From Octopus sinensis (lineage: Eukaryota), in NCBI RefSeq assembly GCF_006345805.1, contig NC_043002.1, positions 62,001 through 126,000 on the forward strand: a DNA stretch of 64,000 nucleotides. The letters are read 5' to 3'. This document shows positions 13,283 to 25,369 of this stretch, piece after piece (position 1 is the stretch's first letter; every line of letters starts with the position of its first letter). Under the pieces are notes generated by a model, which was not told the DNA's origin, searched no databases, and worked only from the letters and a program-made list of their open reading frames with translations. The translations under genes and the position numbers were made by a program.

Positions 13283-16200
13283 GTATGTCAGGTGTTGAAG
13301 CTAAAGTATGATAGAAAGAAAAGCACAGGTGTCTTGCTATAGAAATACATGGCTACTCACATTTTATGATGCAGGGAGATAAGATGATGGTGACGGGGTG
13401 CCAGAGCATACTCACACAATACAAGAAGGTGAGTATAAGGGAGAGTATAGGGTGTGGATCAGGGGGGGAAGAAAAGGACGGCTAAGTGTCTGGGCTGAGA
13501 GAGTGACAAATAGTTAAGGATGGGGCTAGAGGTGGATGCAGTGAGGGATAAACAAGGGTGGAGATATTAATTAATGGTAAATATCAGTATGGAGCTGAAG
13601 AAGTGAAAGAAATAGAAGTGGCTCAGCAATGTAAGAAGTGTGGAGGACAATCTCTTCTGATAAACCTGTAGACAGGTGACTGGGAGGTGAAAAATGTGTC
13701 AGTTTTGCTCTCAAATGATTACAACAGCTGAGTGATGGCGGATGGGTGGATGAAATGTAGGGGAATGCTTGAAGTGGGCCAATTGGGTGCAGGGTCCTGC
13801 GTGTACAGGAATAAGCCCAATACTTTTAGAACCTTGCTTTTGCTGTGACAGACTGCTCTTCTTGAGTAAATCGCCAATAATCTGATTCCTTTCCCAGGAA
13901 AGACTTTGCATTTACAAGCATCTATCTTTCCTATTTTCTGATGTGGATCTAGTCTTGTGAGCTCACTACATTCACAGGTGATCGGATGACTGACTGGTTT
14001 CTTGAAGTTAGTGCTGCAGGTAACTCCAGCAGCCTTTCTCCCCGACTCCTCCTCATTGCCAGAGCCAAAGCCATAAACTTCCATCGGCACAAGGAAATTC
14101 GTTGTAGGGATGTCCAGCATGTCTATTGAAGTCACTCTCCACAATAATCAGTTATTTATCATCAGGGTAATCTGCAAAAGGACCTCATAAAATTGGTGGT
14201 TTGTAGAAGGACCTCTTAAAGTTGATCTTCTAATCATGTCATTTGGGATTGTGGCATATAGGAAGGGGAGATAAAGGTAACTAGTCTCAGCTTCATACCG
14301 TTCCAACTACCTCAGCTATTTAACAATACTCAACTTGACTAAACAGAACAAGTTAACTAAATATATATAGACATATATCATCATCATCATCGTTTAACGT
14401 CCGTTTTCCATGCTAGCATGGGTTGGATGGTTCGACCAGGGTCTGGGAAGTCAGGAGGCTGCACCAGGCTTCAATCTGATCTGGCAGAGTTTCTACAGCT
14501 GGATGCCCTTCCTAACGCCAATCACTCCGTGAGTGTAGTGGTTGCTTTTTACGTGCCACCGGCACAGGTACCAGGGGAGGCTGCCAGTGGCCACGATAGA
14601 CATATATATAGACATACTCTTCCTTTAACTAACGGATTTCTAGTAGATTTAATTATTGAAATATAATAATTTTAGTAACATTCTTCTGTGATTTATTATT
14701 ACCTTTTTTGTTATTTCTTGGTATTTATGAGAAAACTTTCAGTAATTATGTATGACTTGGGCTCAGTCAAGTATTTATATTACTGACTTAATGACAGAGC
14801 CTATTGATTACATATAGAACCTATTGATCACATGTAGAGCCTATTGATTACATATAGAACCTATTGATCACATGTAGAGCCTATTGATTACATATAGAAC
14901 CTATTGATCACATGTAGAGCCTATTGATTACATATAGAACCTATTGATCACATATAGAGCTTATTGATTACTTATAGTTTTTATTTGTATTTCTGTAAAG
15001 TAAATCGGTCTCCAATGATTTGAAGATATTCATTTGTTTGATCCCTGAGGCTTCCTGGGGCACATTTAATTATCATCTAAGTGGTTGGAGTATTCCATAG
15101 ACACATGTACCCTTAATGGAATTCTCAGACAGAATCAACGAGGCACAGTGTGGCAGAAGAAGTCTTTACCTTGAAATAACTGAAAGTTATCGATATCTGA
15201 TGGAATTCTGTGTTCCTAATTATTTCACTCACAATTATTAGGTTGATTCAGGGTTGGGTTAAATGACCCCTGCCCAAAATGGCATGCAGTGAGGTTGAAC
15301 CTAGTCTCTCATAATTGTAAACGAATTTCTTAACCTTGCTGCATCCATGTGTGCGTGGATGATGGGTGGGAAGGTTGTGTGGCATCATAAAACGCCCCTA
15401 TTTTAATGTAAAGGTCCATTTCAATTTATGCTACCTTGAAATATGAAAGCCAAAAATAACTTTCTTGCATTAAATATTTCATATTATAATATTATTGCAA
15501 CAAAATTTATTATTAAATGCATTTCAGGGCAAAATGGTGAAACTAATCTAATATCTCTTGATATTTCAGGTCGAGTGAAAGAAAAAGATTCTCTTTTAAA
15601 TTACACACATAAGAATTACAGCAGCTTTAATTCCTACAGTATCTCAGAAGACCAGTTTATTGAAATTCTTAGTAACCTTACCAATTTAGTTAACAGTATT
15701 AACACTACATGTCAAGACAATGATATGTTTTGCGTCTGTGCTGCTGTTCTACACAAACCTAACCTTGCTAACCACACTATGCTATATAAACCAGAATATT
15801 TTGAAAGAATCGGTGAGTTGATCCTTATTCATGTTTTTGCTTTATCGATAATTTTAAATTCAGACTTAAAGTTTTCTGTTTTAATTTTAAGATAATTGCT
15901 AATTAAGTATTTTAAAAATATTTTTTACAGGCAAAACTAGATCAGTAGATTAACCCTTTGAGCCCTGACCTCCTGAACCTTATTTGACCATATACTTAGC
16001 ATTCCACTGGGACTCCACTGCTATGGTATAGTGAAAAATAAGCCATCCTCTGGTAAACTGGTGTTACAGGCTCAAAAGGTTAAGGCATTATCTAAACAGC
16101 CACAGTTTAGGTTGTCACAATCTGAAGTTTCTCCAAATCTGTGTTTTTTTTAATATTTTGTTACTATTCTGTTATAATTTATATTTAAGTAATGATTTAA

Positions 16201-19200
16201 TTAACAAACAATTAATATTAAGCCTAATTATTAAAGTCGATCATTTTGTAGGATTTTGTTATGTTATCTTTACTAATCATTGTGAAGATGTGTGGTGTTG
16301 TGGTGTTCATCAAAACATTTCATTTCATGTTACTTCGTCCATTCAGATGTAAATGTGTAACCCTGCAATAGAATAACCTTCCAATCAGGGGAAATATTGG
16401 CCTGCTCGCCCAGTCAGCAGGGTGGCATCATGCAAAGCACATGGTGACCAGCGATGTGTGTAGCATCATCCAATAGTCTACTAATTGATTCAGTGATACC
16501 ATGATTAATTCTTATCATATTTAATTGTACTTGTTTTTCTTTCTTTTTTAGGTGGATATTTTTTTTATATATATAATTAGTGTATCTCATCATCATTATT
16601 GTTTAACATTCGCTTTCCATGCTAGCATGGGTTGGACGATTTTGACTGAGGGCTGGCAAACCAGATGGCTGCACCAGGCCCCAATCTTGATCTGGCAGAG
16701 TTTCTACAGCTGGATGCCCTTCCTAATGCCAACCACTCCGAGAGTGTAGTGGGTGCTTTTTACGTGCCACCGGCATAGGGGCCAGTCAGGCGGCACTGGC
16801 AATGACCTCGCTCGAATCTTTTTACACATACCACCAGCACAGGTGCCAAGGGAAAAGCATTAGCAGTATGCATAAATATAATTCTTTTGGCAAATAAATT
16901 GCAAAGCTCTGATGAAGCTGTAACTCAGAGACTGCATAGTACAGCAGAAACAGCTGCAGGCTAATGAATTTCACAAGCTAATCGTTTATTCCCCTATCAC
17001 CTCATTTTCTTATTACTGCTCTGCACTGCACTAATGCTTCATTCTAAAGCCTATGTATATTGAGTTCTACACTAGGTTATAATAGAATGAAAAAGTTCCC
17101 ACAGCAGTTGCACAAGAAAGAATAATAAAATCAAAATTTTTTTTAAACATTTTGATGGAGTTCAACATTTGGTATTTTATACGAAAATCCCTAACTTCAC
17201 AGAAGAATTATTAACTAATTAACTAGTCTATAAAAAAGTTAAATTTTATTTTAAATTATAACTGGGTAACAGTACAATCAAACACAATTTAAATTTCATT
17301 CATTTATATTATAGTTTATCAGTTGTTTTATGAAACATAAACTAATTAGTTTCTTATGTTTCATAAATATTATTAGAATAGTTTTGTTAATTGCATTTCA
17401 TTTTCTTGTATTTGCGAGTTTATAGGAATATTTTACTTACTAGAAATAAATATTTACTGTCTTTTAACCCACTGGGAATAAATTTACACTTTATTTTCGC
17501 TTTGGTGAACATCGTAAAACTGAATAATTAAAGAGATATTCGAAATGAACAATCCTTCTTCCACCTCACATTTATGGATTTGTAATGCATCTTTTTGTAA
17601 CATTCTGGTCAATTTCAGTAGTTGCTTTATCCATAAATTCCCTGTTAACAGTTGTCAAAAAAGACCTTATCTCATAACTTAGGGCCTACAAGCATTGTTA
17701 TACTATTGGCAAAGGTAGATATCACCTCTGTCTGTCTCTGCTTATCTTGGCAGCTGATTCCACTCCTTCTTTACTGCAGAATTGGTTTGAGGGAATGTTG
17801 ATATAGGAAAGCAATTTCTTTATGATGATGAAAATATTATTTTTTTCAAAATCCATCTCAGATTTGCCAATTCAACAGCATGGATGAGAAATCTGCAGGT
17901 TTCAATTCATCACCATCCTTATGATTAAAGAAAGCTTTTTGTGGTATAGGGGTAAAATGCATAATCAACCTTCCTCACAAGTCTTCTTGTAACATTGATC
18001 CTTTCCAGCCAGGATCCAGCTGGGGGGAGGGCCCTTTTCATCTAACCTCTGGCCAAAACCTAACAATAAATTCCCTCAACTCACTAGGCCACCACGTCTG
18101 TTCTGAGCCCCAGCTCCCAAAGCAAAAAAAGGCCCATGTTAGTCATATTTCTAATCACATGACTTCCCTTGCTTTTCTCCTTCAAGCAAAGTTCTTAGGT
18201 CATTCGTGTGACATCACTGACCTCTACTTCTGACCCACATCGACCTCACACTTTTACCATGCACATCAAACAATAAAGTTAAGCACTAATTATATTAAGA
18301 TTGTTTTATCTTGGAGACATTTTCTTCAGGTTTTCTTATATTTTTTCCTTGTGTGTCTTATGCATGAATGTCTTTCTTCTGCTATCTTTTATACAATGCA
18401 CCTATTATGATACACTAATATGTGTCTGCCTTTCAAAATTATATCTCTACCAATTTTACTCAACTAACTTGTTTTAACTGATACTTTAACAATTTCCAGT
18501 ATACAAATGTGAGAATGAGTTCACATGAATACAATGGTTTTGTTACTTCCGTTTATAAAAGACATACGAAAGAAATGCCCTGTCTGCATCTATTTTCTAA
18601 CATTTCATCCCTATTTTAAGAACTCTACTTGATTCTCATTTACTGGTGGAGTAAAGTTTTTCACTTGTGTTTCTTTCCAGAAAATTTTCCTCCATTTCTA
18701 CAAGATACAATGAATGAATTGTATTTGACATCAGGAAATAATACAATCTTTTTGGAAGCAGCCGATCGCAATAATGATAGCATCAATCTTGAAATTGAAG
18801 TAAACAATTCTAAAAATACATTTGGTAAATGGTTTCTCTTTCTATTCTTAACAGCTAATCTTTTATTTTTTATATTTTACTTGTTTCAGTCATAAGACTG
18901 GTCATGCTGGAGCACCACCTTGAAGGGTTTAGTTGAAAAAACTGACCCTAGTACTTTTTTTAAAACCTGGTACTTATTCTGTTGGTCTCTTTTGCCAGAC
19001 GACTAAGTTAGAGGAACATAAACAAACAAACAAACACTGGTTGTCAAACTGTGGTAGAGGACAAATGCACACACACACCCAGACCAGACAACTAGGTGAT
19101 GCAAAAAGGGACAACAAAACATCCAGATAGACGATACAAAGAAAACAAGGGCGGGTCATTCAAAGTTTTCTTTCCTCAGTCAAGCACCAGATTATCCTCA

Positions 19201-22200
19201 TTGTATTTACATTTGTGTACCATTTCTCTGTTTTTTTCTGTCCTTGTTTTTGTATACATTCGCTGCTTTCTTCCAAGGAATCTAATGCTCTTAGCTTAGT
19301 TTTTTCTTGGGGCTGGCCAGATTGGAGCAGTCTCAAGAATAATCAGCCGAAATTGCAAGGATAATCTGGAACTCGACTGAAGAAAGAAAACTTCGAATGA
19401 CCCATCCTTGTTTTCTTTGTATCGTCTCTCTGGATCTTTTGTTGTCCCCTTTTGTATCACCTAGCTGTCCGGATGTTTTGCGTTCTTGTCCCATTCTTTA
19501 TTTTTTATATATATATCATCATCATCATTTAACGTCCACTTCCATGCTAGCATGGATTGGACGATTTGACTGAGGTCTGGCGAACCAGATGGCTGCACCA
19601 GGATCCAATCTTGATCTGGCAGAGTTTCTACGGCTGGATGCCCTTCCTAACGCCAACCACTCCGAGAGTGTAGTGGGTGCTTTTATGTGCCACCAGCACG
19701 AGGGCCAGTCAGGGGGTACTGGCAGCAGCCACGCTCAAATGATACTTTTTATGTGCCACCTGCACAGGAGCCAGTCCAGCGGCACTGGCAATGACCTCAT
19801 TTGAATGTTTTTTCATGTGCCACCAGCACAAGTGCCAGTAAGGTGACGTAGGTAACGATCACGCTCAAATGGTGCTTTTTATGTGCCATATACAATGGGC
19901 TTCTTTCAGTTTCCATCGACCAAATCCACTTGTAAGGCTTTGGTCAGCTGGAGGCAATAGTGGATTCATTTGCCCAAGATGCCATGCAGTGGAATTGAAC
20001 CTGGAACTATGTAGTTGAGAAGCAAACATCTTACCACATTCTTTTTTTCTTTTTTTTCTTTTATATTATTGGCAGGTGTGAGGGTCTGAATGCACAACCC
20101 TGGGGTTGTGTTGTGTAGAATATAAGATATTTTATTTTTGAATTTTAGATTAATTACTTTTAAGGTAAAATGCTAGAACTGGAGGACAGTTGGTTAGTAT
20201 TTATGTCAGCAACAAATAATTGAAGGGAAAGTCAGGTTGCTTAAATGTAGTCATCATGAAAACAAAAAGAGGTTTCTGTTCTTTTCTTGGAGTCAGAAAC
20301 ATCAAATCTCTTCCTGTCTCCATGGTGACTACATTTTTAACTTCTCCTCTTCCTCATAGATATTATTAACACTCAAAGCTGATTAATGGTAAGACACAGC
20401 TTTATCAGTTGTTTAATGTCATGCTATCACTCACCTCCTCTGGCCGCAGTTTCTTGCAGCAGAATTAGCCATAAACAAAGAATATAAGAATGTAATTCTG
20501 GTTTTCTTGTCATCTGCTTGTAAAGATTATGGTCTGCACTAATCTTCTGGTTTGTGTAGGGGTCTCAAAATGGGAATGTAGTGAATTTACACTACTTTGC
20601 TACCAGGGTTTAGAAATACCAAGTATTATAAGTATATTGAGTTCTTGTAAATGGTTACCATCTCTGCTATGGCCAAAGAGCATTATAACACAAACACACA
20701 CATCATCATCATCATCATCACTCTTTTGATGGCTAATATTCATTGCTTTCATAAATCAGACAGAATGCGCTGAGTTAAATGTTCAATGGATGGATGTCAC
20801 CAACCTTCTCTTACTTCAAAATAAGTTAACAATTCCCTATGGCTGAACATATTTTCATGAAAGATTGGATACAAACATGACCATTATTCTCATTTACAAC
20901 CATCAGATGCTCTCAAAACAGGTTTAAGATTGATGATGATGACAACGATGATGATGATGTGTACTTGATAAGATGAAACAGAAACCAAGAAGTGGTTCCA
21001 GGTTGGGAGAGGAAAGAGGAGAGTAACAAAAGGGGATCTGAGCCTATTCTGCTTTTCAGTGGTTGTCGTAGCCAAATAATGTAAGAAATGAAGGAGTGAT
21101 ACGTGTTAGGGAACAGGAAGTGGGAGAAGCTTGATAAGGCAGAGCTTTGCAAGCATTTACTCAGATGGACTTAGGAGATCAATTCTGTTGTGGTGGACAG
21201 GTTTTTTTTTACAAGCATAGCAAAGTATTAGACATCTTGGTCCTTAAAGCTCAGTATCTTCAGATTGACCCTCAATACTTCATTCCATGTCCCTCTTTCT
21301 CAAGTTCTATCAACTTTGGCAATTCTTTATGCAAACTCTCCTCATTCCTAAGCATCACATGGCCAAACCAGCACAGCCAGGCACCCTACACCTCGTTGTT
21401 CTTATGCTTCACTTTTTTCTCAATGAACTAACTTCATTCTTCACAACTCCTCAGAATTTAGCAATCTGTTTTAGTTGTACACTGACATTGCACATCCACC
21501 AAAGCATACCAACTTCATTTCTCTTTAATCTTTGCAAGTTCACTGTATCTAGAGCCCATATCTTACAATCATGTAACATTGCAGTTCATTCAAAAACATT
21601 GTATAGTGTCTCTTTCAAACGTATCTCTCTATACCTTTGCTTGCTAACTGAGGTAAAAGCTCTCTGAATTTTTTCCATCCTATTCTTATTCTTGCAATTA
21701 TACTTTCAGAATGACCTCCTCCACTGTTAATTAAGTTGATTACATAACAGAAATTATCAGCACCCTTTAGAGAGTCTCCAAGGCATTTGAGAAAATCAGT
21801 TTCCCATGTATCTGTGAATTTTATGGCTCCTGTGTGTCTTCCACACACAAATACTACCTTTTCTGTTAACCTTACTGTGGTTCGACTGCATCTCTTATGT
21901 TCCTATAGCTTGCACTGGATACACTGAATGGAATTCTTATTTACACCTTTCCTACATATCAAATAGGGCTATTTACCTAAAGTGTGTAGGGTCCTGTCTG
22001 TTTTCTTGCTTACTAGGACCTTAGCCTTTGCTAAGTTAATTTTAAGGCCCTTCAGTTTCAAATTTTGCTTCCTGGAATTTCTTTCCTAGTTTTGTTACAG
22101 ATTCTGCTTTGAGAGTAAGATCATCAGCATATAGTAGTTCTCAGGGGCATCCAGTTTTGAATTCCTCTGTTATGGCCTGGAGAATCTTGGTGAATACCTA

Positions 22201-23583
22201 CCTATGTAATAATTATACCACTGTACCCATGATTAACTCTTACCCTACCAACAGCACCCCTGTACATGGCCTGTATCACTTTCACAAGTCATTCATCTAT
22301 CCCAAGCTTCTTCAGAGACCACCATATCACAAAGTGGGGTACCCTCTTGAAGGCTTTCCCTAGATCAACAAATGCGTACAGGTTTGTACTTAGCTGAATA
22401 CTTCACTTGTAGTTGCCTAGCTATGTAAACCACATCTGTGGTGATTCTCCTCAATACAAAGCCAAAATGTATTTCATCTAACTTAATTCTGTTCCTAATT
22501 AATTGGGTTATAACTGTCTCCATCACCACAATCACTCGATCCAGCAATTCGATGCCTCTGTAATTACTTTTATCTGAGGTATCACCTTTATCCTTGTAGC
22601 AGCTGACTATTTTAGTAACAGAACTCGGAATGTGGCAAAACAAGCCCTTCTCTCCTGATTGGAGGCAGCCGTATATCGCAGCCATTGTGATGTGATTTGA
22701 GGGTGTCTTTTGTCTGTCTGCACATTTGCCACACACAAAGACTATATTCACCGTTAACTTTCCTGTGATACCACTACACTTCTTGTGTGTCCATAGCTTG
22801 CACTGGGTACAACCTATGGAGTTTCTAACAATACCTTTCTTACATATGAAACAGGGCCATCTCCCAGAAGGGACTTCTGATTTGCCCGTTTTCTTGCTTA
22901 TAATAAGCAGGAAAACTTTGGTCTTTGCTAAATGAACTCTAAGGTCCTTAGATTCCAGGCCTTGCTTCCATGCCTGAAATTTCTTCACTAGGTCAGGTAG
23001 GGATTTGGCTATAAGAACAAGGTTATCAGCATAGATAAGCTCCCAGGGGCTGCCAGTCTGCCTCTGGGAACTCATCTATACTGACAAACTTGCTCTTTGT
23101 TTAACATATACATATGAGACAACATCATAGTCATTGAGCTATCTTTAAGATGTGGTCATTACTAAAATTACAGAAATATAACAGTAAACAAGGTCTCTAT
23201 AAGATATGTACTTTTCTTATTCCATAATGTACTGTTTATTAAACAAGTTTTCTGTGTTGTCAAAGTTGCTGAAATAAAACAGTTAGTAAACCATTGTTAT
23301 TGTTGTTGTTTAATATTAGTGTGATCAATAAGAAGTCAACATATTTATCATTTATCTCTTCAGATAGTAGTAATTTGAATTGGACCCTAAATCTAGATGG
23401 TTCACCAACAGAGTTGAAAGTTTGGGCAAAGGATAGTCGTGGTGCTACATCCTTATACTGGCCAGAGATATTTTTCTGCACGTGTAAGGGAAATGGAATC
23501 TGTAAAAAACAAAGCAAATCAGAACGGATGGTTTCTGCAAAAAATCTAAGTATGTATTTTTCTCAGTCAGTTTTCTTCTAAAT

Positions 23584-23662
<79 letters not shown>

Positions 23663-24050
23663 TACATTAATATAAAAGGGCTTAGTAAAATAAATTACTT
23701 TGCCACATACTGAACTCATTAGAAATAGCAGCCAAAAAAGTTTTTTAGCTATTTCTAATACTTAAAGAAAATTTCTCTCAGATAGTGCTTACTCAGAATA
23801 ACCCACGAAGGTATGGGGGTAAAAAACATTAAAAAATCACAAGTGCAAAGATTATTTGAGAACGTTACGTTTCTAGATCAGCCAAATAAAATTCGACATT
23901 TCTTTCGTCAGCCCAAAATTTCTTAATTTGGATTTGGAAACACTGAAAGTAGGAACATCCCCTTTTGGCGACTTAACACCTCAGACGACCCGCTCAAACT
24001 GACAGTGCCAACAAATTCAAAATATGCAAGCGATTTACCCTCAATTGTTG

Positions 24051-24101
<51 letters not shown>

Positions 24102-25321
24102 TCATCATCATCATCATCGTTTAACGTCCGTTCTCCATGCTAGCATGGGTTGGACGGTTCGACCGGGGATCTGATAATGATAATAATAATAATAAATAAA
24201 GATTTGCAGCCAAATGTAAACACATATTTATCCTAAATACCCACGTGTGTGTTTCAAGTAATCCCACAAAAACTGCAGTTTTCGATCAGGGAGTAAACTA
24301 TAATTTCAATGATAATAAGAGGGTAAAATTAATTCATTAATCAATCAATTAATTAATTAATAATTAATAAGTTTACCAAGTATTTCGGTACGTTAAAATA
24401 ACTTTTTTTTAGATAAAATTATACAAATATTCTATAATTATAAACATAATTATAATCAGGGCTGAGCTAATTGCTTCGCCATGCACCAAATTTAGAAATA
24501 GGAGTTAAATGCCTTTTCTACTACCATAAAGACTTCCCAGACAGTAACACACTTTTTTACGTAGGCAAAAAGAAAAAATAATGAATCCACACGACTCAGA
24601 TTAGCTACGGATTAGCGTTTCGAGATTAAAGTAAAGTTATATTTACTTATTTCTCATCTTCAGTGCAGCATTTCGAAATATAAAGTTGAGTGTTTAGATT
24701 AAATATGTACGCGACCAAGCGCCATCACATGACCAATATTCAACCACACTCTCAAAAATATACAGCCAAACGTGAACACATATTCTTCCTCAATACCCGT
24801 GTGTGTGTTACTATGGCGCTTGGTCGCATACATATTTAATCTAAACACTCAAATTTATATTTCGAAACGCTGCACTGAAGATGAGAAATAAGTAAATATA
24901 ACTTTACTTTAATCTCGAAACACGTTTGTAGCTAATCTGAGTTGTGTAGATTCGTTATTTTTTTCTTTTTGCTTATGTAAAAAAGTGTGTTACTGTCTGG
25001 GAGATCTTTATGTTAGTAAAAAAAAAAGCATTTAACTCCTATTTCTAAATTTGGTGCATGGCGAAGCAATTAGCTGACCCCTGATTATAATTATTACTCT
25101 TTTACTTGTTTCATTCATTTTTACTGTGGCCATGCTGGAGCACCGCCTTTAGTCAAGCAAATCGACCCCAGGACTTATTGTTTGTAAGCCTAGTACTTAT
25201 TCTATCGGTCCTTTTGCTGAACTGCTAAGTTACAGGGATGTAAACACACCAGCATCGGTTGTCAAGCGATGCTGGGGGAACAAACACAGACACACAAACA
25301 TATACACACACATACATATAT

Positions 25322-25369
<48 letters not shown>

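Noticed and set aside
14797-14976. CRISPR-like array
   Set aside because: Contiguous tandem units with no unique spacers, eukaryotic context, no cas genes
15443-15895. 150-aa ORF as a stand-alone gene; likewise 36..278, 18629..18895, 23294..23581, 27761..28024, 42594..42935, 52480..52794
   Set aside because: Each is a real exon plus read-through into intron
19372-19405. CTGAAGA-AAG aaaa CTT-CGAAT hammerhead-like string
   Set aside because: GAAT instead of GAAA and no stem I partner
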